Positions 33,788-44,180 are shown, counted from the stretch's first letter. The stretch is DNA of 64,000 nt from Verrucomicrobiota bacterium (GCA_027493615.1 JAOSKK010000038.1:1005562-1069561); one strand, 5' to 3'. Notes: a model not told the origin generated them from the sequence alone. Made by a program: numbers and translations.

Positions 33788-34477
33788 ATGGACGAGCTGT
33801 TCCACAAATTCCCCCACACCCCGCACCTACTCTGGTTGGGCCTCGGGCAGCCGCGCGAGGACAAGGTGCTGTCCCCGTCCGAAGTGGACGAGTTCCTCAC
33901 CGGCGAGCTGGTCATCGAGGAGAAGGTCGACGGGGCCAACCTGGGGCTGTCGCTCGGCCCGGATGGACGTCTGCGCGCCCAGAGCCGGGGCAACTACCTC
34001 GCGCCCGGCCGGAGCCATGCTCAATGGAATCCGCTCTGGGCTTGGTTGGCAGAGCGACGCGGCGTCCTCGAGCCCGCCCTGCGCGACGGCCTGATGCTCT
34101 ACGGCGAATGGTGTTACGCCCGACACACGGTGCCCTACGATGGCTTGCCGGACCGGTTTCTTGGCTTCGACGTTCTCGAGTTGGCGACCGGGCGGTTCTG
34201 GTCGGTCGACCGTCGCAACGCCTGGCTGGCCGAGGTGAACGTGGTGCCCGTGCCGGAGGTCGCGCGTGGCCGGTTCCAGTTGAAGCAGCTTGGCTCGCTT
34301 CTCGGGTGGTCCGCGGTGGGAGCGGTCCCAAGAGAGGGGCTCTACCTCCGCCGTGAAGCAGGCGGGTTCCTGATCGGCCGCGCGAAGGTTGTGAGCGCCG
34401 TGTTCAAGCAAGCGATTGAAACCCATTGGACCCGGCGGCCGGTCGTCCCCAACTCACTGGCCCTGGCCCGGGTTTGA
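33788..34477 (+). CDS. ATP-dependent RNA ligase-family protein
   Basis: HKFPHTPHL; motif I EEKVDGAN, III YGEW, IIIa FDV, IV EGLYLR, V RAKVV. Confidence 0.85.
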   Translation: MDELFHKFPHTPHLLWLGLGQPREDKVLSPSEVDEFLTGELVIEEKVDGANLGLSLGPDGRLRAQSRGNYLAPGRSHAQWNPLWAWLAERRGVLEPALRDGLMLYGEWCYARHTVPYDGLPDRFLGFDVLELATGRFWSVDRRNAWLAEVNVVPVPEVARGRFQLKQLGSLLGWSAVGAVPREGLYLRREAGGFLIGRAKVVSAVFKQAIETHWTRRPVVPNSLALARV

Positions 34478-34573
34478 AGCCGCGTAGCAGGGCTTGACAC
34501 GCCCCGGCAGGGGCGAACACTGAGCCGCATCCAGCCCCCGGGCGGTTTCCGTGAGCCAATGGAGTTCTGACTT

Positions 34574-36401
34574 ATGAGGCGTTCCTCCTGTGCCCCCTCG
34601 CATCCCTTGGTTTGGTACTGGCCCTGACCGGCGCGGCGCAGGACGCGGGCGAGTTGGATGCGGGCTTCGTCCCCGCTCTCGACCCCACGCAGACGTCTGG
34701 CGTTTGGCGGTCCCGTCGGGTTCGACGTCGGCCTGGCAGCCGCCGTCGCGCTCCCGGAGGAACGTGTGTTCGTGGCCGGTCCTTTCACCCAGGTCAACGG
34801 CAGCCCGGCCACTCCGGTGGTCCGTTTGAACGCGGGTGGAAGGCAACTGGGTTCGACCCTTGGTCCGTCTGACGCAGGACGGTACCCTGGACACGCCCTT
34901 TGCGACCGACGTCGCTTTCACTTACCCGGAGACCATTCCGCTGTTGCAGGACGACGGCAAGGGGCTCTGTGCCGGTACATTCCGCGTCACCAACAGTCTT
35001 GGCCAAGTCGTGGCCAAGCGCCTGATTCGTCTGGCGAGTGACGGACGATATCGCGGAACCCGCCCTGGCTTGGGAGGCACCCGCGGGGGCGTGGACGCTC
35101 GGTGAACCCGGCGAGATCCGACTCCGCCTATCCGCGCCGGGAACCACACCGGCCGCGGACGTTCGGATCGAGGTCTCCCCACCGATTGAGGTTCCGACGC
35201 GGCTGAAAGACGACTTCCGGGTGTACGAACAGGAAGTGGTCCTGACGCGCGCGGGACTCGGCCCCCACACCGCGGTCAGCGTCGCCTTCGACCTCTACGT
35301 CGCGGGGTCTTGGGATGGGAACAGCCCCAGCGAGGGACCGGACGTGTGGAGCCTGCGGGTCGGTGACGGAGCGGTGCTGTTCCAGACCAGGTTCAACACC
35401 CAGCCGCACTCGCTGGTGGACCGGGGATTCGTGTTGGCGGCTGCCCTCCCGGAGACCGCCACCTGCCTGGCGGTCCAGCCCGATGGCGGCGTTCTGGTGG
35501 GCGGCGGGACGGTGGCTGGAGCGCAAGGCGAGGCGCGGCCTGTTTCGGCTCCGCGCCGGCGGCATCGTCGATCCGCAATTCGACGTAGGAACCGGCGCGG
35601 ATGGAAACGTCAGGAGTGTCACCATGGCATCGGGAGACCGGATCTACATTGCCGACGACCTCTGGAGCCTTGGCGGGACCCCCGGCAGCAGCCGGGTCGC
35701 ACGGCTGGCGCCGGACGGCACGCTTGATCCCGGGTTCATCAGCCGGCCTCCCATCACCTCGAGTCGGGCCGTAACCGGGGTGCTGCTGGTGGACGACGAC
35801 CGACTCCTGGCGGCCACGCAGTCCTGGGAGGGCCGGACCGAGCTGACTCGGCTCCGTGACAACGGCATGCTCGATCCGGACTTCCTCCGCGGCACCGTCT
35901 CGAACGGCACCATCGCGGCGATGGTCAGGCTCCCGACAGGCCAGGTTCTGATCGCGGGCGATTTCCGCGGCTATGGTGACCGGCCGTGCAATCGAATCGC
36001 CCGGCTGAATCCGGATGGGGACTTCGACGCGTCGTTTCCCGGCACCGGTGGTCCCGATGGCCCGATCCACGCCCTGGCGGTGTTGAGCGATGGGCGGGTT
36101 GTTGCCGGCGGCGACTTCACCCGCTACGACGGCTTCACGCGCCACCGGTTGGCCTGGCTCGACCGGACGGGGGCGCCTGGAAACCACGTCGCCAGGGTTT
36201 GTCCACGCCGCACTCGACGCGCAAGGGTTTCCGTCGCTCACCTTCCAGTGCGAGCCCAACCGTCCCACGACCGTCCTGCGTTCGACGGATCTTCGGGTTT
36301 GGTCGGAGATTCGCCTCGGTGCCTTCACACCCCGCTTCGTGGCGTGGAGCGACACCGAGGAGCACCCGGCGCGGTTCTATCGCATCCGCCAGGAATGGTG
36401 A
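34574..36401 (+). pseudogene. Fragmented secreted protein with delta-60 (DUF5122-like) repeats and FYR tail
   Basis: Signal peptide, LAVQPDGGVLVGG, RLAPDGTLDPGF, IARLNPDGDFD, ends ARFYRIRQEW. Several frame breaks, some shared with the duplicate copy. Confidence 0.7.
34938..35729 (+). repeat. Direct repeat copy 1 (about 0.8 kb)
   Basis: Near-identical to 37484-38291. Confidence 0.92.
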
Positions 36402-36440
36402 GGGCAGGGACACGGACCTGCCGCATCGGCCCGGCCGCGG

Positions 36441-36620
36441 GCCAACGCGTTCCTGGTTTTCGCGGCGCTGAACGCCCTGCTGGCATTGGTGGTACTGCTC
36501 ACCATGGTGGCGTGCACCGTGCCGGCCGAGCGCAAGATCTGCGCCGCCATCCAGGGTCGCATCGGGCCCAACCGGGCGGGGCCGTTCGGGAGGTGGCAGC
36601 CGCTGGCCGATGCCGTGAAG
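36441..36620 (+). pseudogene. nuoH: Degenerate 5-prime fragment of NADH dehydrogenase subunit H
   Basis: AERKICAAIQGRIGPNRAGPFGRWQPLADAVK matches the NuoH ERK...Q.R.GPN..GP.G..QP.AD..K signature; similarity ends there. Confidence 0.75.
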
Positions 36621-36709
36621 CCAGCGTCCCCCCCCGGCGCCGGCGTTGAAGCGGTCTCGATGGCCCGAGCCGGCTTGTCATGCCAGTGCCCGGGTGGCAG
36701 ACTCCAGGC

Positions 36710-36943
36710 GTGCGACCGTACGAAGAACTCATCCAGTTCATCGCCTCGCTGAGTCCACGCGACGTGCTGGACTTCAAGCCCTCGGAGCCCGCGCGCCAGC
36801 GCGTGTGGGAACTGATCGAGCGCCAAAAGTCGGCACCCTTGCCCGCCGACGAGAAGACGGAACTGGATCACTACCTGGAGATCGAGCACCTCATGCGATT
36901 GGCGAAGGCCCGGGCCCGCCAGCTTCTCGCTCATGCCCAGTGA
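36710..36943 (+). CDS. Small helical protein, putative antitoxin/partner of the HNH gene
   Basis: GTG start after TTGTCA-N17-CAGACT; overlaps the HNH start. Confidence 0.7.
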   Translation: MRPYEELIQFIASLSPRDVLDFKPSEPARQRVWELIERQKSAPLPADEKTELDHYLEIEHLMRLAKARARQLLAHAQ

Positions 36944-37373
36944 CGTGAGTGAACGGCTGCGGCGCGAAATCGCCGAGCGTGCCTATCACGTGTGCGAGTA
37001 CTGTCTTGTGCACGAGGAGGATACGTTCTGGGGTTGCCAGGTGGATCACATTGTCAGCCGCAAGCACGGCGGAGCAACGGAGCCGGAAAACCTGGCCTGG
37101 GCTTGCGCCTGCTGCAACAACGCCAAGGGCACCGACGTTGCGACTTTGGTCGGGCAACCTCCAAGGCTGGTGCGCTTGTTCCACCCGCGGAGCGACCGTT
37201 GGGGCGACTCCTTCTCCCTGAATGGCGTGCGCATCGACCCGGCAAATGCAGTTGGCGAAGGCACGCTGAAGCTCCTCCAACTCAACCACGCGAACCGGCT
37301 TCGCGAGCGCGAAACCCTCGCCGAATCCGGTCGCTATCCCACCATCGAGGCACTCGCACGCATGAAGGAATGA
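36933..37373 (+). CDS. HNH endonuclease
   Basis: CEYC...VDHIVSRKHGG...NLAWACACCNNAKG, LFHPR. Confidence 0.9.
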   Translation: MPSDVSERLRREIAERAYHVCEYCLVHEEDTFWGCQVDHIVSRKHGGATEPENLAWACACCNNAKGTDVATLVGQPPRLVRLFHPRSDRWGDSFSLNGVRIDPANAVGEGTLKLLQLNHANRLRERETLAESGRYPTIEALARMKE

Positions 37374-37483
37374 GCGGGCTGAGGGGGCCCGCCGGGCTTC
37401 GTGCCGGGCGCGCAATCGAGCCGAGAAAGCAAAAGCGGCCGGCAGCGGCAATACGAGGCGGGCTCCGTGCTCACCGAAGCCAC

Positions 37484-38291
37484 CCGCTGTTGCAGGACGA
37501 CGGCAAGGGGCTCTGTGCCGGTACATTCCGCGTCACCAACAGTCTTGGCCAAGTCGTGGCCAAGCGCCTGATTCGTCTGGCGAGTGACGGACGATATCGC
37601 GGAACTGGCCCTGGCTTGGGAGGCACCCGCGGGGGCGTGGACGCTCGGTGAACCCGGCGAGATCCGACTCCGCCTATCCGCGCCGGGAACCACACCGGCC
37701 GCGGACGTTCGGATCGAGGTCTCCCCCACCGATTGAGGTTCCGACGCGGCTGAAAGACGACTTCCGGGTGTACGAACAGGAAGTGGTCCTGACGCGCGCG
37801 GGACTCGGCCCCCACACCGCGGTCAGCGTCGCCTTCGACCTCTACGTCGCGGGGTCTTGGGATGGGAACAGCCCCAGCGAGGGACCGGACGTGTGGAGCC
37901 TGCGGGTCGGTGACGGAGCGGTGCTGTTCCAGACCAGGTTCAACACCCAGCCGCACTCGCTGGTGGACCGGGGACTCGTGTTGGCGGCTGCCCTCCCGGA
38001 GACCGCCACCTGCCTGGCGGTCCAGCCCGATGGCGGCGTTCTGGTGGGCGGCGGGACGGTGGCTGGAGCGCAAGGCGAGGCGCGGCCTGTTTCGGCTCCG
38101 CGCCGGCGGCATCGTCGATCCGCAATTCGACGTAGGAACCGGCGCGGAGGGAAACGTCAGGAGTGTCACCATGGCATCGGGAGACCGGATCTACGTTGCC
38201 GACGACCTCTGGAGCCTTGACGGGACCCCCGGCAGCAGCCGAGTTGCACGGCTGGCGCCGGACGGCACGCTTGATCCGGACTTCCTCCGCG
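37484..38291 (+). repeat. Direct repeat copy 2 of the delta-60 gene segment, with an internal deletion at its end
   Basis: Matches 34938-35729, then jumps via GATCC to about 35873-35891. Confidence 0.92.
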
Positions 38292-38292
38292 C

Positions 38293-38654
38293 TCAGTCCT
38301 CTCCCTGGGCTTTGGTGAAGGCGGGTTGGCCATCGAATTCCTGCAGCTTCTCCAGATGCATCCAGCGCACGTCGGCGGTTTGCAGCGCGGCAAGGAGTTG
38401 GTGGATCTGCCTCAGCGGCAGGTCGCCGTCGGGCTCGGAGCAGAGGAAGCGGCAGCGCCAGTGGTCCACGCAATCGGTCTCGGCGCCGCGCGACGGAAAG
38501 ACCTGCGTGCCACGGTTCGAGATCATCTTCAATTTGAAACCCGCCGCCTCGGCCCGCGGGACGAGCAGGCGGCCGAGCTCACCCGCGGGCATGTCCGCCT
38601 CGACGAAGACATCGAGCCCGACGACCCGCCGGCTCTGCGTGGCGAGAGGAGCGG
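38293..38654 (-). pseudogene. icd: Isolated C-terminal domain of NADP-isocitrate dehydrogenase
   Basis: VVGLDVFVE...LKMISNRGTQVFP...CVDHWRCRF...WMHLEKLQEFDG...FTKAQGED; catalytic domain absent. Confidence 0.75.
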
Positions 38655-38827
38655 CAATGGGGTCAAACATTGACATTTGACATTTTGCCAGGCCGGCGGC
38701 GGTTCGAACCTGAACCTGAACCTGAACCTGAACCTGATCGCGACGACTCCGTGCGCCGGCCCGGAGGACGCCGCCGGTCCGTTGCCGCGGGAGGCCAATT
38801 GTCAAATGTCAATGTTTGACCCCATTG
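38655..38827. mobile_element. 173-bp MITE/REPIN-like element with 28-bp perfect terminal inverted repeats (family C)
   Basis: 38655-38682 is the exact reverse complement of 38800-38827; internal (GAACCT)5; no target duplication visible. Confidence 0.7.
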
Positions 38828-41200
38828 TCCTCCAGCAGGCTCGTCAAGGCGCGGTGATGGACCTTGCCGGTCCCCAGCTTGGGGATCTCCTTGACGACCA
38901 CCACCTCGCGCGGCACGCAAAGGTTGGGCAGGCCTTTCGCCCGGAGCGCCGCCCGGATTTCGTCGAGGCGGAGCTTCGGCTGGTTGGTCACGGCAATCAG
39001 GGCCTCGCCCTTGTCTTCGTCCGGTCGGGTGAGGATGGCGACTTCGCAGCGCGCGCCGTAGTGAGGGAAAGCGCCGGCCAGGGCGTCCTCGACTGCGGTG
39101 AGACTCACCATCTCGCCGCTGACCTTGGCGAAGCGTTTGAGCCGGCCGCGGATGGTGAGGGAAGCCGTCCGCATCCACGCTGACGATGTCCCCGGTGTCG
39201 TACCATCCGCCCAGCGCCTGGAACTTGGCGTCGGCATCCGGGTTCAGATAGCCGCGCATCACGTTTGGCCCACGTACCAGAAGCCGGCCGGTCGTGATAC
39301 GAGCGGGCAAGGTCGGAGGTCGAAGGTCGAAGTTGGGAGTTCGAAGTTCGATGTTGGATGTTGGATGTTGGATGTTGGATGTTGAAAGTTCGGCGTTCGA
39401 ACTTCGCCCTTCGCCCTTCGCGCTTGTCTCCTGGTCCCCGGTCCCTGGTCCCTGGTCCTTGGTCCGTGATCCGTCTCCTTCAGACACGCCCTCGACGGGT
39501 TCGAGGCGGTATTCGATGCCGGGGAGGAGCCGGCCCACGGTGCCATGACGCGGGGCGATGGGAAGGTTGACGCTGAGGGCGGGGCTGCACTCGGTGGCGC
39601 CGTAGCCCTCGAGCAGACGCACGCCGAAGCGCTGCATCCACGTGCGGGCCGTGTCCTCCTGCACCTTCTCGGCGGCGGCGAACAGGTAGCGCATCGAGCG
39701 GAAATCGTACGGGTGGGCCTTGCGGGCGTAGCCGTTGAGGAAGGTGTTCGTGCTGAGGAACACGGTGCAGTTGCGGTCGTACAGGACGTTCGGGATCACC
39801 CGGTAATGCAACGGCGAGGGATACAGGAACACATAGATGCCGCGGACCAGGCCCAGCAGGAGGCCGACCGAAAGGCCGAAGCTGTGGAACGTGGGCAGGG
39901 CGTTGAAGACGCGGTCGGCATCGGTGAGGTCCACGACGGCCAGCATCTGGCGGATGTTGGCGAGAAGATTGCGGTGGGTGAGTTCGACGCCCTTGGGTAC
40001 GCCTTCCGAACCGCTCGTGAACAGGATGACGGCCGATCGGCTTGGCGCCCGTCCTTCGGCCTTCGAACTTTGCCCCTCGCCCTTTGCCCTTCGCCCTTCG
40101 CCTTTCGCCATGTTCCGCAACACCGACCCCGGCGCGAGGCGGAGGCGCAGGGCGGCGGTGAGCTTGGCCCAACCGCCGATCTGAGCGCGCAGGTCCTCGA
40201 GATAGACCAGCCGGAGGCCCGCCTCGGTGAACGGCTCGGGCTTGAGCCGTGCCCGTTCGAGGAAAGCGCGCGAGGTGACGATCGTCTTCAGCCCGGCCAG
40301 TGCCGCGCATGTAAGCATGGTCGGTGTGCCGGTGGAGAAGTTGAGAATGGCCGGGACCTTGTCATGGGCCCACAGGCCGAGAAGCACGACGGGCATGGCG
40401 TTGACGTTGGGCAACAGCAAGCCCACCCGCTCGTCGGCGCCCGCCGCTGCCGCCAGTTGGTTCCCGAGCAGTTCGGCGCCCAGCAACAACCGGCGGTAGG
40501 TGATCGGCGTGAGGCTCGCGTCTTCGAGGATCGGCAGCACGGGGACCTGGCGGGCGGTCTCGAGAATCGCCTCGGGCACGGTGGCCGGCCCGTGGGCCAT
40601 CTCGGTTTCAAACTGCTGGAGCACCATGCGGTCGCGCAACCACGTGGTGAGGGTGGTGCGGGCGTGCGCCGTGCTGACATGTTCGAGTCGCGGCGGATGG
40701 AGCACCTCGCTGAAATGGGCGGTGATCGTGGGCCACCAGCGGCGCCAGCCGGGTTGGCGCGACCAGCGGAGGCGATGTGCGCCACGCAGATAACACGTGA
40801 TCACCTTGGCGCCGGTCTTGTGCAGGAGGAAGCCGGTGCCGTCGAAGAGCTTCATCAGCGTGCCCGTCCGCGTGAGCTGGCCTTCCGCGAAGAGCACCAG
40901 GCGTCCGCCTTTGCCAAGGAACTCGGCCATCCGCTTGACCGCGTAGGGCGACGCGGGATCCACCGGGAACGTGCGACGATTGAGCATCACCCGGCGATGC
41001 ACCCAGCTATAGCGGGCTGCGATGCTCGACACGACGAACTTCCAATCAAGGTCCATCACCACCCAGAGGAACAGGAAATCGATCCAGGACACGTGATTCG
41101 GTACGAGCAATACCGGGCCCGGCGTGGACAGCACCTCGGTGCCGTAAGCGCGGAAGCGGAAACAGCGCTTCAACAGGAAATGAAAGAAGGCGCGGAGCAT
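38809..41200 (-). CDS. aas: Bifunctional acyltransferase / acyl-ACP synthetase, frameshift near 39160
   Basis: PlsC NHVSWID and FAEG; AMP-binding FTSGSEGVPKG, EGYGATE, YDTGD, KRFAKVSGEMVSL, PKLGTGK. Confidence 0.92.
39310..39470. repeat. Mixed heptamer tandem repeats inserted in frame in aas
   Basis: (GTTGGAT)n, GTTCGAA, CCCTTCG, (CCTGGTC)n. Confidence 0.85.
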
Positions 41201-41214
41201 GGGAATCGGGGTGC

Positions 41215-41352
41215 GAGGTCAGAGGTCAGAGGTCAGAGCTCCGAAGTTCGAAGTTCGAAGTTCGAAGTTCGAAGTTCGAAGTTCGAAGTCGAGGTCGAGG
41301 TCGAGGTCGGTCATTCTCGGTCCTTGGTCCTTGGTCCTTGGTCCCCGGTCCG
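41215..41352. repeat. Mixed heptamer/hexamer tandem repeats at the lnt-aas junction
   Basis: (GAGGTCA)n, (GAAGTTC)n, (GAGGTC)n, (GGTCCTT)n. Confidence 0.88.
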
Positions 41353-42840
41353 TGGTACCCTCTGCCCGCGTCGTTGCTCCCGGACAAGGAGCAACGCCAT
41401 GGCGGCGGTCAGGATCACCGCAGGGATGGCCAGGGTCCGGTCGAGTGGCAGGTGGGCTTGCGTGCGCCTCTCAAGCCGGAGCTCGGCGGCGAGGCTCTCG
41501 CCCTGGCCGGGCACACTGCCTTCGGCAAGGAGGTTGCCCGCCGGACCCACGGCCTGCGAGAAACCGGAAGTGGCCACGCGGAAGATCGGCAGCCGGTACT
41601 CCGCCGCGCGGACGAGCGTCATGCGCGCATTCAGCCGGTGCTGGTGCCGCCCCCAGTCCACGGCATCGAGGGCCGGGACCAGGAGGAGGTCGGGTCGCTG
41701 GCTGACCAGGCGATCCAGGACGCGCGCATAGCTGAGGTCGTAGCAGATGGCCAGGCCGACCCGGAGGGGATCACCCGCTGCTTCACCGCGGTCCCAGACC
41801 CACACCGCCTGCCGGGGTGCCGGGGTGCCATCCTGGAAGAACTGAATGGGCACCGACTTGGCCTGCCGGAAGACCACCTCTCCTTCCGGGGAAAGCACGA
41901 AGGCCGTGTTGTAGAAGCCGCCTCCCGGGATGGGGTCCTTGCCTCCCGCGACCAGCCAGCGTCCGGTCCGGCGACACCAGTCACGGACGGCCTCGGGAGG
42001 GGGGCCGTCGAACGTGTATTCGCCCAACAGGACGAGTTCGGCGCGCGGATGCTGCTCGAGGACCTGGTCCAGATGCGCCAGCACCTCGGCTTCCTTGGGA
42101 AATTCCAGTTGCACCCCGGCCAGGCTCACCGTCGGGTTGGTTGCGTCTGCCGGGTCGGGCTTCGGAGCCAAACGCGCGGGCAGCCAGAGGAGGAAGGCGA
42201 GGACGGCCAGGCCGGGCAACGCACCCAGCCGGCACCTTGGGCTCGCGGTGCACCGGCCCCAGCACCGCTCGATCAGCACGCCGAGACCCGCGCCGCCCAG
42301 CATGAAGAGCGCGCCGATTCCGTAGACACCGAGCGTGGTGAAGGCGGCTGGCCACGTCCCGGGCGGGACAACACTCCCTGCGGTCAGCCAGGAGAATCGC
42401 AGGTAGTAGAGCTCGCTGCGGAAGCATTCGAGGCCGAGCCACAACACCGGTGCCAGGGCCACCGCCCATCCCGTGCCCCAATACCGGTCCACGCCGTGCA
42501 GGAGCAGCAGAAACAACGCGAGCCAGAACGCCAGCACCAGCCACAGCACCACGGCCGCCGGCCCGAAGAGGCCCCAGAAGAAATGGAGTTGCGGGCCGTA
42601 GATCCCCAAGCCCACCGCCAGACCCGTGTAGAAGGCCCACCGTCCGCACGCAGTCCGCCGCAACAGAAACAGGCAACTCAGCCACCCGAGCCCCAGCCCG
42701 TGAAGGGCGACCTCCTGGAATGCCAGGTGGAACAACGCCATTCCAACCAGCGCCACGAACACAACTTCCGCGGGGCGCAGGGGCGCTTGCTGCGGCGTGA
42801 CATCGACCGACTCCGGAGCCGTTGTGGCAGGGGCCTTCAT
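41311..42840 (-). CDS. lnt: Apolipoprotein N-acyltransferase-like (TM domain plus CN-hydrolase)
   Basis: LWLGLECFRS, LGVYGIG; triad LGEY / AKSVP / ICYD; FYNTA, RAAEYR. Confidence 0.75.
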   Translation of the reverse strand: MKAPATTAPESVDVTPQQAPLRPAEVVFVALVGMALFHLAFQEVALHGLGLGWLSCLFLLRRTACGRWAFYTGLAVGLGIYGPQLHFFWGLFGPAAVVLWLVLAFWLALFLLLLHGVDRYWGTGWAVALAPVLWLGLECFRSELYYLRFSWLTAGSVVPPGTWPAAFTTLGVYGIGALFMLGGAGLGVLIERCWGRCTASPRCRLGALPGLAVLAFLLWLPARLAPKPDPADATNPTVSLAGVQLEFPKEAEVLAHLDQVLEQHPRAELVLLGEYTFDGPPPEAVRDWCRRTGRWLVAGGKDPIPGGGFYNTAFVLSPEGEVVFRQAKSVPIQFFQDGTPAPRQAVWVWDRGEAAGDPLRVGLAICYDLSYARVLDRLVSQRPDLLLVPALDAVDWGRHQHRLNARMTLVRAAEYRLPIFRVATSGFSQAVGPAGNLLAEGSVPGQGESLAAELRLERRTQAHLPLDRTLAIPAVILTAAMALLLVREQRRGQRVPRTGDQGPRTKDRE

Positions 42841-44180
42841 ATCTCACCTCCTCCGTCCTGCTCGGACGAACCTCGGGAAGGCGCTTCCGCCGGCGGCGAC
42901 GCCTCAGCAGCGTCCGCGGCGAGCTGCGGCGAACGGGGCACTTTGAGAAACACCACCGCCGTGCCGAAGGCCACGCCGAGCAGAACGAACACACCCGACG
43001 CACCGATCCCCGCCTGCGCGGCGAAGAGCACCACGCCCCCGGCAAAGACCATCCCGAGGTTGTCCACGAAATTCATCGCGGCCAGCGTCTTGCCCCGCCG
43101 GGACGGATCACTCTCACTCTGCAGCGTCGACGTGAGCGGAATCAGGAACAGCCCGGCGACGGTCCCGGTGGCGATCAGCAGCACCACGACCTTGCCATGG
43201 GACTGGGCCAACCCCATCCCGAGCAGCAGGTCGGCCAGGCCCAGCAACGCCACGAGCCCCGCCAGCGCCCAGCCGTAGGGTCGGATCCCGCGCAGGTCCC
43301 CGACGCGGTGGAGTGCCCCGGCAGCCATGGTGCCGAGCATGACGCCCAGGCTCAGCCACAGGCCCAACAAGGCGATCCGCGTGTTCACCCCTAATTGGAA
43401 CGGATGAGCCAGCACCATCACGGTCTCTTCGTGTAACCGGAGCACGTTCAGACCCCACGGTTGGAAGTTCATCTTGATCGCCGCGCCGCAGAACCAGAAC
43501 AGGCCCAGCCCGCAGAGCACCCGGAACAGCCGGGGATGCCCGAGCAGTTGGCCCAGGTTCCCGAAGAACGCGTCTACGCTGCGCCGCCATCGCACCTCGG
43601 GATGACGCGGCGTCGGCGCCATAAGGAGGTTCAGCCCAAGGGAGGCCGCGTAGATGCCGAGCAGCACGCCATAGCAGGCGAGCACGGGCAGTTGATCCAC
43701 GAGCGTGGCTCCGGCAACGAAGCCCGCCAGGATCGCCGCAATCGTGTAGAACTCGAGCAACCCGTTCGCCTTGACCAGGCGTTCGCGCGCCACGATTTCG
43801 GGCAGGATGCCATACTTGGCGGGCGAGAACACGCAGGCGCCCACTCCCACAAGCAGATACCCCAGACCTTGCGCCGCCGGGCCCAGCCAGACGCTGGTCC
43901 CCGCCAGCGCCGTCCCGCCGAGCCGGATCAGGTTGCCCCCGGCCAGGCAGGCGGTCTTGGGATGGCGATCGTTCCAATAACCCACCAGCGGCGCGAGCAC
44001 CACGTAGGGGACAAACAGCAGCGTGCTGTAGATCGCGTTCCACCCGCTCAGGTGCGCGGGGGTGATCCGCCCGGCATTTTGCGCGAAGGTCAGTTGGCCG
44101 AGAATGACCGCCAGGATCGCTTGGTCGCCAAACGCCCCCAGGACCTGGCTCGCCACCAGCAGTGGGTAGTTGCGTCTCAT
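42837..44180 (-). CDS. Lysophospholipid transporter LplT-like MFS (copy 2)
   Basis: SQVLGAFGDQ, SPAKYGILPE, LVKANGLLE. Confidence 0.85.
   Translation of the reverse strand: MRRNYPLLVASQVLGAFGDQAILAVILGQLTFAQNAGRITPAHLSGWNAIYSTLLFVPYVVLAPLVGYWNDRHPKTACLAGGNLIRLGGTALAGTSVWLGPAAQGLGYLLVGVGACVFSPAKYGILPEIVARERLVKANGLLEFYTIAAILAGFVAGATLVDQLPVLACYGVLLGIYAASLGLNLLMAPTPRHPEVRWRRSVDAFFGNLGQLLGHPRLFRVLCGLGLFWFCGAAIKMNFQPWGLNVLRLHEETVMVLAHPFQLGVNTRIALLGLWLSLGVMLGTMAAGALHRVGDLRGIRPYGWALAGLVALLGLADLLLGMGLAQSHGKVVVLLIATGTVAGLFLIPLTSTLQSESDPSRRGKTLAAMNFVDNLGMVFAGGVVLFAAQAGIGASGVFVLLGVAFGTAVVFLKVPRSPQLAADAAEASPPAEAPSRGSSEQDGGGEI

Noticed and set aside
34938-38291. Diversity-generating retroelement template/variable repeat pair
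   Set aside because: Differences between the copies are few and not adenine-specific, and there is no reverse transcriptase in the window.
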